A stretch of DNA of 64,000 bases, taken from the NCBI RefSeq assembly GCF_009914755.1, contig NC_060931.1; one strand, written 5' to 3'. The stretch's first letter is position 1. Every line of letters starts with the position of its first letter. The stretch is from the human T2T-CHM13v2.0 reference genome, Homo sapiens. Of this stretch, positions 48,093 to 64,000 are shown in pieces. The notes under the pieces are model-generated. The model was not told the DNA's origin and ran no database searches. It worked only from the letters and a program-made list of their open reading frames with translations. Position numbers and translations under genes: made by a program.

Positions 48093-50251
48093 AAATAGCC
48101 CTCCCGCAGATTGAGAGAAAGTATGAAAGTATGTGGGGAGGAAGGGGGCAAGAGCTCTTCCTTTGTATTATAAACTGGTATATACCATTCATATTATAAA
48201 CCTATGAATAGGTCACTCTATTTAAAATTTCAAATTTACAGGAGCATATTTCAGGAGTTTCTCATAAAACAGTTGCAGAGCAAAAGAGATACAGGCTCCG
48301 ACTCTACCAAATATTGAAGGTCTCAGATATGTTCAATGTGACAATGCCTCCCACAGCAAAAAGGGGTTACCTCCCATGCTAAGGATCAGGTGCACAGACA
48401 CTAAGAGAGGAATTTCAAACTGGAAGGGATGGTATTCTTGTCATGAGTTCCTAAATGCCAGCCCATGCCAACATATCCTCAGTTCAATCACACACAAGAT
48501 ATTTTGCCATGAAATTATTCTTTACATTTGAATTAATATTCTTAAAATCATAATGTGGCTAGGATAAAAAAGAAATTTACAAAGACTCATGGAGCCAAAT
48601 CAGATGTCCCGGAGCACAGGAATGGATTTCTGCTTCAACCAAGCCCCATTTGTGTGGATTTTTAAAAAATTCAACTTAATTGCCTATTCCAAATTTTTTT
48701 CATTTTTAACAATTGACACACACATATAACACTATGAAATTACATTTTGCATTTTTTGGTATAAGAAACAAAGCCTCAGAACTTGAGGGACAGTGGAATG
48801 ATCTCTTTGGAAGGATTCACCACAAGTAGGCAATAAACTTCAGATGAGAAGGGGAAGGAGCTATTTAAAATATTAAGTCAGTAAGTCACTTCTCCATGAA
48901 ATGAAAATAAAATTGCAGTTGAAAAAATAAGTAGGTTTCTAATTGGCTATTGCCATTTTTCTTTGAAAAAAATAAACATTTTGTCTTCAATACTAAAAAA
49001 AAATAATCAATCAATCAACAAACAATTAAGTATTTGTTAGATATACAATCAGCTCTCAGAAGAATTCCAAAGGGTAAATTCTTCCTATTTGGGGATGTCA
49101 AAATGACTTCTATCCTGTGAAATAAAAGTGATAGCATAAGTTAATGGTGGTATTTATTATCTTTTTTACAAAATTTTAAAGTTAGTAAACATTTTATTGT
49201 GCCCCTGTTTTGTTTGCTTTAATTACTTTATCCCTTGGATTCCAAGCATTGAAACCACTCCAACAGTTGATAACTCTATGAATCCAACACTAAGAATGAC
49301 TGGGCAAAAGCAATACAATACGAATTAGGTCACCCAACTGTTCAAGTAATGTTGAACTATTCAAGTAGCTTGGGAGGGAAGAACCAAGAAGGACCTAATA
49401 AACTGGTTAATCATCCTAGTGCTAAATCTAGTAACTAGTTTATCACACATAAAACTCATGTATACATTCATTGATTCATTCATTGCCCCATTCAACAAAT
49501 TTTTATGAGTGATTGCTCCATTCAACAAGTTTTTATGAGTGTTTGCCTATGGGGCTGAGCGCTAGATTTTAAGGAGGACACAATAAACGAGAGAAGTCCC
49601 CCCACCACCACCAACCACAAAAAACTATCATATAAAATAGAAACCAGGTTATATGACAAGTCCAGAGAAGATCCTATAAAAAGAATGTAAAGGATGACTT
49701 GATTTATCTCTTAATATCATGTAATGATATTATAAACTATTTTAAGCATTATTTGGTATATCTGCCTACAATGGAGAGCATGCATTATGAACTTTCCAGA
49801 AAAATATACCCTTTAATTTCTTTAAAATATTTCTGGAGAAATAAATATTTTATCCCATAGAAAAATAGATTCTTATTATCTGCTCTCCCTAGAAACAGAA
49901 GTTCTCATTACTTCCAGCAAATCCCTGCTCTCAAAGCTGCTTTGACCAATGAACTCTGTCCTCAAATGTACTCAAGCACACCTCGTCATCCTAGAACTTC
50001 TCACTCCCTAGGGTAGTGGAGGGAAATACGACTACAAGAAAGAATTCCTTCCAGTCTGTTTTAGGGTCAGGGTGTCAAAGAACCTTACAAATAATTGTAT
50101 GAATCCATTATCAATTTAATAATTTAACTCAAAAACTTAAAAATTCACAACATCTGTTGTGAATATAAAATCAATAAAAAATTTTCGGGAAAGCAACTTC
50201 AAAATATGCTTCAAGAATCTTAAAAAGTTTTTTTCAGAAGCTATTCTGTAA

Positions 50252-50502
50252 TTTTTTTAACTTTTAAGTTCAGGGGTACATGTGCAGGTTTATTATATAG
50301 GTAAACTTGTGTCATGAGGTTTTGTTGTACAGATTATTTCATCACCCACATATTAAGCCTAGTTGTTTTTCCTGATCCTCTCCCTCCTGCCACCCTCCAC
50401 CCACCAATAAACCCCAGTGTGTGTTGTTCCCCTCTATGAGTCCACGTGTTCTAATAATTTATCTCCCACTTATATGTGAGAACATGCGGTACTTCGTTTT
50501 CC
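50252..50502 (-). mobile_element. L1PA13-15-like 3'UTR fragment
   Basis: ttttaagttcaggggtacatgtgcaggttt...acagattatttcatcacc...ctcccacttatatgtgagaacatgcggta. Confidence 0.75.
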
Positions 50503-53187
50503 GAAGAACCTTAAAAATTAAGACACCCTGTAACCCAATAACTTATTTTGCTTATAGCAAAAAAATACTTTAAGCGATTTATCAGATTTACATATTCACC
50601 ACATTTTTGTAAACAAGAGCAAATATGTAGACATCCAATACTGAGTATTGGTTAAACAAATTGTAGTGGACTCATAATGTGTAATCACAAAATGTAATTA
50701 ACTGCATTTTTAAAGGAAAGAAGTGATGTAGGTAAATTTATATGATGGAATGTTAAGTGAACAAAGCGAGATGGAGAATTAATGTGCTGAAGGATTCCAA
50801 TTTTGTGAAAACAAATGATACTCTATCTTGGAAAGATGAGGACATGGCTGATTTTTTTTATTTGTAACTTCTACAGTTTTAAAATTGTGTACAACAAGCA
50901 CATAATTTAACTTATTCAATGCTAGAGGAATTCTCTTTTTCTGCGTATTTGCTTATGCAAGCCACGCACTTATATAGCCAATTTCATAAGGAGAGAAAGG
51001 TACCTTTTACTTCTCTAAGGTCAAAGCCTGGTCATAGTTTCCAAGAGGCAAGTGGCATCACGTTTCCCCACGATACTCTTTATTTGAAGTGTCAGTTTGA
51101 TGTAAATCTCTGCCCAGTGCGCCTTCTTAGCCAATATGCTTGCTTTAAAATCCACGTTAGGATAAAATTGCTTCCTATTTTTTGCAAAAATGGCTTCCAA
51201 GTATCCAAGTATAGTACAAGTGCTAATAATTTGCACAGTTTTCAAACAACTGACAAATCGGCAAGCACCAAGTTTGCAGCTGCTCCAGCTCCTATTTGCT
51301 TTAGAAAAGTATACATTTCATACAGAAAAGACTATCAGGCATAAAACGAACTCTGATTTATATTTACAAGTGTGTGTTATTTGAATTATCTGCTTGATGT
51401 TCAAGTTTGCTTGTTATTGACAGATTATGGTTATATCATAATTTATCCTAAAGCCTTGTAAGAATAGTTTCCACCTATCAAAAATTGCGAAGTAGTTACA
51501 TTCATGAAGTGAAGGATTAGACTATTATCTTTCAAATTAGAAAAACAAAAGATGTCATTGTTATTCTTTGAGTCAAATTGTAGAGTTGCAACTATGTTGG
51601 CCCATAGTTAGATGTCCTTGTTCTATGCGTTGTAAAGCACTATCTGGTGTGCAAATGAGGAAGCCAATCTATAAAGAAACTATATGATTTTCCGACAATT
51701 TTACATTGTATTAAAGAGAGATCTAGCACTTAAATCCTCCTGTCACTAATTCGGGGTCTTCAACATGCTACATCTATTTTGAGAAGTCTGTAAGGGAAAA
51801 GTAAATCAAAAAAGTAATGACATTTTGATAAATGGCAATAATATTAGTACAGACCATTTATTAAGGGCATGAGTATTAAAAATTCTAAAATATATTCACA
51901 CATAAAAATGCAGAAATAAGCAAATCCTATTGTCACAAATAGCCTTCATTTAAATAAAATTATGAAATACATATTTTTATGTCTGCTTCTTTCAGTCAAT
52001 ATTATGTATGTGAGGTTGATCCATGTTCTTCTCTAAGTGTAACTCTTTTATATCTAGCACTTTATGGTTTTTCATTATATAAATACATCACAGTTTCTTT
52101 ATCCATTTTGTTGAAAACAATATGCTTCTTAATTACATATAATATTTTGCAGTTGTCACAGGAATTGATCAGTTATATTATTAGGCAATCCTAGAGGTTC
52201 ATTTATTTGTTTATTTCTGGATATTTTCTCCCAGTTTACCTTGCATAATGTGTTCTCATTTATTTCCTCTCTTTCCATCAACAGTTACTTTCTTTCCTAG
52301 ATTAAGTTACTTTATACTATTTTTTATTTCATTATATTTTCTATAATTGCTTTGATTCACTGTTTCTTAATTTTATCTTAAATATCACAGATTATCTTTC
52401 CTGCAAGCTTAATTCTACTCTTTGTTTCCAAATCTAATTTATTTAGTTCGTTAAGGTCTTCTTTTCAATGCATTATCTTTCTGTCTCTATTTGTTTGATG
52501 CATGAAATACTCTCTAATCAAATTGAGAATAAATACCAATCACTCTATTATTTTATTTTATGAAGCAAATATTTTCAAGGGGAGGATTTTCTTTGTGTCT
52601 CTAAACATTATTCACTTGATCATTTCAAATGAATGCCAAATACAACAAATGTATTTGTTGTTACATTTTGTATTTTATTGTTATAATAACAGATGATTTT
52701 CAAAGAGTTGCCTTAAAATCTATCCAGAGGCACCTTTTCTAATAGAAAAATTGTTTCCCTCCAGGGACAAATAGAGGGTAAATCATTCTCATACCCTAAT
52801 GCCAATCAAGAATCTTAACAGGATTCGAGACAATGTTATTGGATATTACCAAACACACCTTCATAGAATTCAGTAAATATAGAGAAATCAAATAGGTTCA
52901 AAATTATGAGATAAACATATGGGGGAATATATTATAGACTGTATTTCCAAAATTATTCAGTGTAGAAAGCCCTATTGTCTTATTGAGAAAAGACCATATT
53001 CTGTTCATTGTTGTTGATGCTGCTCTTGCTGCTACAAATTCTCTTCCCTTTGGATATTTTTGAAGGAATAATTAGCATTGCTTCTTACTCTATCAGGGTC
53101 TCAGAAGGACCTTTTCACTAGGCTTTTTTGTAGCTCGTCATATTCTAGATTTCATTTAGTTAGTAATCAATCAACACTCTCAGATTA

Positions 53188-53450
53188 TGGGTAATGGATC
53201 TGTGTGCAATGTTTTTACACACTCTGAAGGAGAAGGTTTACTGAGGTTGCCCAGCCTCTGCTATCCCACATGTATTGCATGTGGGAGACTTGCACTGCAA
53301 ACTAATGTCACCAGGCCATGAAGGGCCACATCTGCAGCAGAAAGTGAATGGTGTTGCATATCATCTATATTATTTTGAAATTTGAGTTGGTGTGGTACTT
53401 AAATGGAACCTGAAGTGCCTTCCTTGGATTTTAAGAGCAAGTGAATTTTC
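53188..53450 (+). repeat. Left arm of a ~265-bp inverted repeat
   Basis: Reverse complement of 54376-54648, e.g. tgtgtgcaatgtttttacacactctgaaggagaaggtttactgaggttgcccagcctctg matches exactly. Confidence 0.95.
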
Positions 53451-53659
53451 ACTGAATTTTGCTATCAAATCGGGTGCCATATGGCTCATAGAAACTATTA
53501 AACAAGCACATTGTGAGCTTTAAAATGTGGAAACACCATTGAATTAGCAACATCAGCCAAGTAAGACTAGTGTTACAACACAACAAAAGCAACCAGCAAA
53601 CCAGGTATTTTACACAATAGAACATTATTTCTCGCTGAGGTTAGGGTCAATATTAACAT

Positions 53660-54265
53660 ACCTGATTGCAAGACAACCCTTTCACGTGGTCAGTGTTCAA
53701 TGGCCCCAATGGACTTCATGAAAGGCTGGGAAATTGTCATATAGTGCCTATAGCATTAATGATAGCCATAGATCCACCCAAGCATCTCCCAGGGCCAATA
53801 CAACACATCACTTAACAGTAAGCTACAAGCTGGTCTGGGAATTTTTAACCCTGGCCTGGGGATTTCCAGAAGATAAGGCCAATTCAGCCAGATTCAACTC
53901 TCATAAGTCTTAAAACAAAGGTTATTCGTGCAAGAATAGTCTAACTCTCTTTAGGAAATACTTGGTAACTGACCGAGACTGAATACAGTTATAAGAAAGG
54001 GGGAAGAATCCTCCAAACTCTGAGAATGGTGTCAAGATGGAGGTCCTCTCAGCCAGGCCATCACCTGACCCCAGTCTGAGACTGGCCCAGGACTCAGCCT
54101 GCTCCCACTATCTGACTCTTAAGAACACTGCCAGAATAAACCACTTGAGCGTCTGGTGATGTCTAAGACTCATATTTGATGTGAATCAGACAGAAGTGGA
54201 GAAGTCACCCCTGGCAGGCGGGTTAACTGGAACCACCTGACAGCCCTGAATATGATGGAAATGTA
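53660..54265 (+). mobile_element. LTR-like segment between the inverted arms (family unassigned, ends approximate)
   Basis: TATA-like ttataag at 53989 followed by AATAAA at 54135-54140, a U3-R-U5-like spacing. Confidence 0.4.
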
Positions 54266-54375
54266 GCACCACTGTCTGCAGGGGAGAGGAAACAAAATGG
54301 GAGGAGCACATTGCTGTCTCTGCCATAGTCCACTCTTCTTGTGCCCTAGCATCCATTTCATTTTTTCTCTTAACG

Positions 54376-54648
54376 GAAAATCACTTGCTCTTATCCAAGG
54401 AAGGCACTTCAGGTTCCATCTAAGTACCACACCAGCTCAAATTTCAAAATAATATAGATGATATGAAACATCATTCACTTTCTGCTGCAGATGTGGCTCT
54501 TCATGGGCTGGTGACATTAGTTTGCAGTGCAAGTCATGTGGTCATCACATACATGTGCAATATATGTGGGAGAGCAGAGGCTGGGCAACCTCAGTAAACC
54601 TTCTCCTTCAGAGTGTGTAAAAACATTGCACACAGGTCCATTCACCCA
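54376..54648 (-). repeat. Right arm of a ~265-bp inverted repeat
   Basis: Reverse complement of 53188-53450; roughly 90% or more identical by eye. Confidence 0.95.
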
Positions 54649-54897
54649 GAAGCCTTGATGGGCAGCTATCCTCTCCTGGGTTGGGAGTGTTTCGCTGATT
54701 AGCTCCTGGTTTTGTTTTGGAGAAGAATCTCCATAGTCCATTACTATCTGTAACTTCACTCCACCTATTCACAGATACTCCCTTTGCATTCATCTTTGAG
54801 GGCCAATCTGACTTGAACATTATGTTTTCTGCTTTCTTTGATGGCTTCCCAGTTTTTACAATTGATCTAAAGTTTGCGAAAATGTAAGTGCCTCAAG

Positions 54898-55279
54898 TTT
54901 TTTTTTTTTTAATTATACTTTAAGTTTTAGGGTACATGTGCAAAATGTGCAGGTTAGTTACATATGCATACATGTGCCATGCTGGTGTGCTGCACCCATT
55001 AACTCATCATTTAGCATTAGGTATATCTCCTAATGCTATCCCTCCCCCCTCCCCCCACCCCACAACAGTTCCTAGAGTGTGATGTTCCCCTTCCTGTGTC
55101 CATGTGTTCTCATTGTTCAATTCCCACCTATGAGTGAGAACATGCAGTGTTTGGTTTTTTTGTCCTTGCGATAGTTTACTGAGAATGATGATTTCCAATT
55201 TCATCCATGTCCCTACAAAGGACATGAACTCATCATTTTTTATGGCTGCATAGTATTCCATGGCATATATATGCCATTT

Positions 55280-55283
<4 letters not shown>
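54898..55283 (-). mobile_element. Host L1PA3/4-like 3' fragment, 3' part (continues at 61333-61450)
   Basis: Antisense L1 3'UTR and ORF2 end, interrupted at ccattttctt by L1-C. Confidence 0.9.
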
Positions 55284-55314
<31 letters not shown>

Positions 55315-55519
55315 TATACTCTTTAAGTTTTAGGGTACATGTGCACATTGTGCAGGTTAGTTACATATGTATACATGTGCCATGCTGGTGCACTGCACCC
55401 ACTAATGTGTCATCTAGCATTAGGTATATCTCCCAATGCTATCCCTCCCCCCTCCCCCGACCCCACCACAGTCCCCAGAGTGTGATATTCCCCTTCCTGT
55501 GTCCATGTGATCTCATTGT

Positions 55520-59371
<3,852 letters not shown>

Positions 59372-59410
59372 TCATTAGTTGATGCAGTTTCTTCCTAGTC
59401 TCGATGGTCT

Positions 59411-60427
59411 TTACATTTTGGCATGATTTTGCAGCGGCTGGTACCGGTTGTTCCTTTCCATGTTTAGCGCTTCCTTCAGGAGCTCTTTTAGGGCAGGCCT
59501 GGTGGTGACAAAATCTCTCAACATTTGCTTGTCTATAAAGTATTTTATTTCTCCTTCACTTATGAAGCTTAGTTTGGCTGGATATGAAATTCTGGGTTGA
59601 AAATTCTTTTCTTTAAGAATGTTGAATATTGGCCCCCACTCTCTTCTGGCTTGTAGGGTTTCTGCCGAGAGATCCGCTGTTAGTCTGATGGGCTTTCCTT
59701 TGAGGGTAACCCGACCTTTCTCTCTGGCTGCCCTTAACATTTTTTCCTTCATTTCAACTTTGGTGAATCTGACAATTATGTGTCTTGGAGTTGCTCTTCT
59801 CGAGGAGTATCTTTGTGGCGTTCTCTGTATTTCCTGAATCTGAACGTTGGCCTGCCTTGCTAGATTGGGGAAGTTCTCCTGGATAATATCCTGCAGAGTG
59901 TTTTCCAACTTGGTTCCATTCTCCACATCACTTTCAGGTACACCAATCAGACGTAGATTTGGTCTTTTCACATAGTCCCATATTTCTTGGAGGCTTTGCT
60001 CATTTCTTTTTATTCTTTTTTCTCTAAACTTCCCTTCTCGCTTCATTTCATTCATTTCATCTTCCATTGCTGATACCCTTTCTTCCAGTTGATCGCATCG
60101 GCTCCTGAGGCTTCTGCATTCTTCACGTAGTTCTCGAGCCTTGGTTTTCAGCTCCATCAGCTCCTTTAAGCACTTCTCTGTATTGGTTATTCTAGTTATA
60201 CATTCTTCTAAATTTTTTTCAAAGTTTTCAACTTCTTTGCCTTTGGTTTGAATGTCCTCCCGTAGCTCAGAGTAATTTGATCGTCTGAAGCCTTCTTCTC
60301 TCAGCTCGTCAAAATCATTCTCCATCCAGCTTTGTTCTGTTGCTGGTGAGGAACTGCGTTCCTTTGGAGGAGGAGAGGCGCTCTGCGTTTTAGAGTTTCC
60401 AGTTTTTCTGTTCTGTTTTTTCCCCAT
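59411..60427 (-). CDS. LINE-1 ORF1p, 338 aa RNA-binding chaperone
   Basis: Matches the L1HS ORF1p sequence as I recall it; REKG, ARREW and YPAKLS motifs intact. Confidence 0.97.
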   Translation of the reverse strand: MGKKQNRKTGNSKTQSASPPPKERSSSPATEQSWMENDFDELREEGFRRSNYSELREDIQTKGKEVENFEKNLEECITRITNTEKCLKELMELKTKARELREECRSLRSRCDQLEERVSAMEDEMNEMKREGKFREKRIKRNEQSLQEIWDYVKRPNLRLIGVPESDVENGTKLENTLQDIIQENFPNLARQANVQIQEIQRTPQRYSSRRATPRHIIVRFTKVEMKEKMLRAAREKGRVTLKGKPIRLTADLSAETLQARREWGPIFNILKEKNFQPRISYPAKLSFISEGEIKYFIDKQMLRDFVTTRPALKELLKEALNMERNNRYQPLQNHAKM

Positions 60428-61332
60428 CTTTGTGGTTTTATCTACTTTTGGTCTTTGATGATGGTGATGTACAGATGGGTTTTCGGTGTAGATGTCCTTT
60501 CTGGTTGTTAGTTTTCCTTCTAACAGACAGGACCCTCAGCTGCAGGTCTGTTGGAATACCCTGCCGTGTGAGGTGTCAGTGTGCCCCTGCTGGGGGGTGC
60601 CTCCCAGTTAGGCTGCTCGGGGGTCAGGAGTCAGGGACCCACTTGAGGAGGCAGTCTGCCCGTTCTCAGATCTCCAGCTGCGTGCTGGGAGAACCACTGC
60701 TCTCTTCAAAGCTGTCAGACAGGGACACTTAAGTCTGCAGAGGTTACTGCTGTCTTTTTGTTTGTCTGTGCCCTGCCCCCAGAGGTGGAGCCTACAGAGG
60801 CAGGCAGGCCTCCTTGAGCTGTGGTGGGCTCCACCCAGTTCGAGCTTCCCGGCTGCTTTGTTTACCTAAGCAAGCCTGGGCAATGGCGGGCGCCCCTCCC
60901 CCAGCCTCGTTGCCGCCTTGCAGTTTGATCTCAGACTGCTGTGCTAGCAATCAGCGAGATTCCGTGGGCGTAGGACCCTCCGAGCCAGGTGTGGGATATA
61001 GTCTCGTGGTGCGCCGTTTCTTAAGCCGGTCTGAAAAGCGCAATATTCGGGTGGGAGTGACCCGATTTTCCAGGTGCGTCCGTCACCCCTTTCTTTGACT
61101 CGGAAAGGGAACTCCCTGACCCCTTGCGCTTCCCAGGTGAGGCAATGCCTCGCCCTGCTTCGGCTCGCGCACGGTGCGCACACACACTGGCCTGCGCCCA
61201 CTGTCTGGCACTCCCTAGTGAGATGAACCCGGTACCTCAGATGGAAATGCAGAAATCACCGTCTTCTGCGTCGCTCACGCTGGGAGCTGTAGACCGGAGC
61301 TGTTCCTATTCGGCCATCTTGGCTCCTCCCCT
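60428..61332 (-). promoter_or_regulatory. L1HS 5'UTR: internal sense promoter, CpG island, antisense promoter
   Basis: ~900-bp CpG-rich short-form 5'UTR; intact YY1 site CAAGATGGCCG at 61311-61321. Confidence 0.9.
60883..61098 (+). CDS. LINE-1 ORF0 (71 aa, antisense, within the 5'UTR)
   Basis: ATG at 60883 gives MAGAPPPASLPPCSLISDCCASNQRDSVGVGPSEPG...RCVRHPFL, exactly 71 aa. Confidence 0.85.
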   Translation: MAGAPPPASLPPCSLISDCCASNQRDSVGVGPSEPGVGYSLVVRRFLSRSEKRNIRVGVTRFSRCVRHPFL

Positions 61333-62418
<1,086 letters not shown>

Positions 62419-63149
62419 AAATAAGACCAGAAAGAAACAGACATGAGTTTTTGGTAAATACATAATGTCCCCCATTTACATTACAGAATTCCTACTTACA
62501 AGTAGAATTCTGTCTTGTAAAAATCACAAGTACACAAAAATCACAAAATCACAAAAATACACACACATCACAAAAACACACGCGAATCATAAAAAGTCAT
62601 AAAAAATGTAACAAACCTGCACATTCTGCACATGTATCTCAGAACTTAAAATATAATAAAAGAACACAAATACCAGAGAACAAACAGTAACAAGCATCTG
62701 TGATATGATAATACATCAACCAAAAGTAGCTGTCCTGAGTTGTTTAATACAGAAAAGACTTGTGGATGGGGAAAAAAGCAGCAGAACATGTGAAGCTATG
62801 GCTCTCCTCATTATTTAACCTGTAATGGGAATGGACTGCACCTGTGACCATCCATCCAACAGCTATGGCAGAACAGACAGATTTCCAGATGTTCCTAAAT
62901 TTAGGTGCTGTGATTTCCACTTTATGCCTTATTTTCAGAGCCTTGATATATTTACTTTGGTCTTTTAAATTGGTTCATAATAGGATATAGTCCATGTACA
63001 TAGTTACTTATTTTTAAAATATTTTTGAATTGCTATATTCTTTGTTGTCGTTATTTTTGAGACATATACATAGAAATAAGGTCACAAATTTAGTTCAATG
63101 TCTGTAATAGAACAGTTGCTTAATAATACTTGTTATTGCTTTCTAATAT

Positions 63150-63575
63150 TAGGTAGAATAGCTAGGCAGAAATTAGTAAGAAAATAGTTGATTTGAACAA
63201 CATTATAAACAATGTAAACCTAACAGACATCTAGAGAACCCTCCACCCCACAGCGAGTGCAGATTCCTCTCAAGCGCGCATGGAACAGTCTCCAGCATAG
63301 ACCACACATGAATTCTTACAAGCATCAGTCAATGTAAAAGGGCTGAAGCCATACAAAGTGTATTCTCCAGCCACAGTTGAATAGAAATCAATGACAGAAG
63401 AAAGTTTGAGAAATTCATAAAAACGTGCAAATTAAATAACATGCTCTTAAATAACATGGTCTTAATAATTATTCATATTTAATAATTAAAATTAAATAAC
63501 ATGCTGTTAAAAAACATGCTCTTAAATAATCAATGCATCAAAAAGAAATCACAAGGAAAATTAGAAAACATTACC
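63150..63575 (+). mobile_element. Old L1M ORF2 endonuclease-region fragment
   Basis: cctaacagacatctagagaaccctccacccc...ttcctctcaagcgcgcatggaacagtctccagcatagacca. Confidence 0.65.
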
Positions 63576-64000
63576 TAAACTTAGCTGGCAATTCTACATA
63601 GGTTGCTGGTGATCAATCTGCCACACCTGTGTCTCCATCTGACACCCGGAGTTGGCCAACCAGGCAACTGTGTGTGTGCGTCTTTCCTTTCTCATTTCTT
63701 CAGGTGCTTCTCCAAAACCTCAGTTCAATCTTAAGAAGAACTTCTCCAGTTCTTGGGTCTCTTTAGCAGTATAAGCAGAAAATAAATTCGCCTGTCTCAG
63801 ATTTCACATGTCCACAGTTTACCTATAACTGTGTTGATTACATCCATTTAATATGTTATAGTCATAGCACCTAAAAGAGCAATTTTATTACCATTTAAGC
63901 TATTAAAACAATTGATATCAAGTTGTCGAACACAATTATTGGAGAAGCAATTAATGCACAGAGAAAAAACTCATATCTCAGAAATAATTGACATTTTAGG

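Noticed and set aside
49488-49547. 30-bp tandem duplication ccattcaacaa.tttttatgagtg.ttgc
   Set aside because: An ordinary slippage duplication in an L2-like 3' end.
50213-50517. Possible short 3' transduction on the old L1PA fragment (aagaa[t/c]cttaaaaa repeats)
   Set aside because: The putative TSD boundaries do not fit endonuclease-site polarity cleanly, and the sequence is AT-rich and diverged.
50919-51344. 141-aa ATG-initiated ORF in unique-looking DNA
   Set aside because: No recognisable homology or coding signature; consistent with chance.
63428-63530. Repeated aaataacatgctctt units
   Set aside because: Local slippage within an old L1 fragment, with no further structure.

Overview
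Human (primate) genomic DNA, not microbial. I recognise no host-gene exons. The window is dominated by interspersed repeats: Alu, MIR, MaLR/ERV LTRs, Tigger6a, Charlie1, old L1M fragments, a ~30-bp VNTR and three large young LINE-1s. L1-A (24769-30926, +) is a full-length L1PA4-like copy with intact ORF1 and dead ORF2. L1-B (37716-41649) is a twin-primed, 5'-inverted L1PA3/4-like copy with a ~2.1-kb internal deletion. L1-C (55284-61332, -) is a full-length L1HS Ta-1d with intact ORF1, ORF2 and ORF0, nested in an older L1 3' fragment that itself appears to sit in an Alu tail. The strongest signal is apparent sequence exchange among these three L1s. L1-A and L1-B are inverted partners and share many non-consensus ORF2 variants, including two frameshifts, although their 5'UTRs indicate different source elements. 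The intact L1HS carries a 51-220 bp ORF2 patch identical to dead L1-A that gives R855C and I860T, suggesting ectopic gene conversion from a dead L1 into a potentially active one. Other structures of interest are a ~265-bp inverted repeat pair around an LTR-like segment (53188-54648) and a locally templated inverted insertion at ~31.2-31.4 kb. Subfamily names and consensus states come from my recollection of consensus sequences, not from an alignment run.
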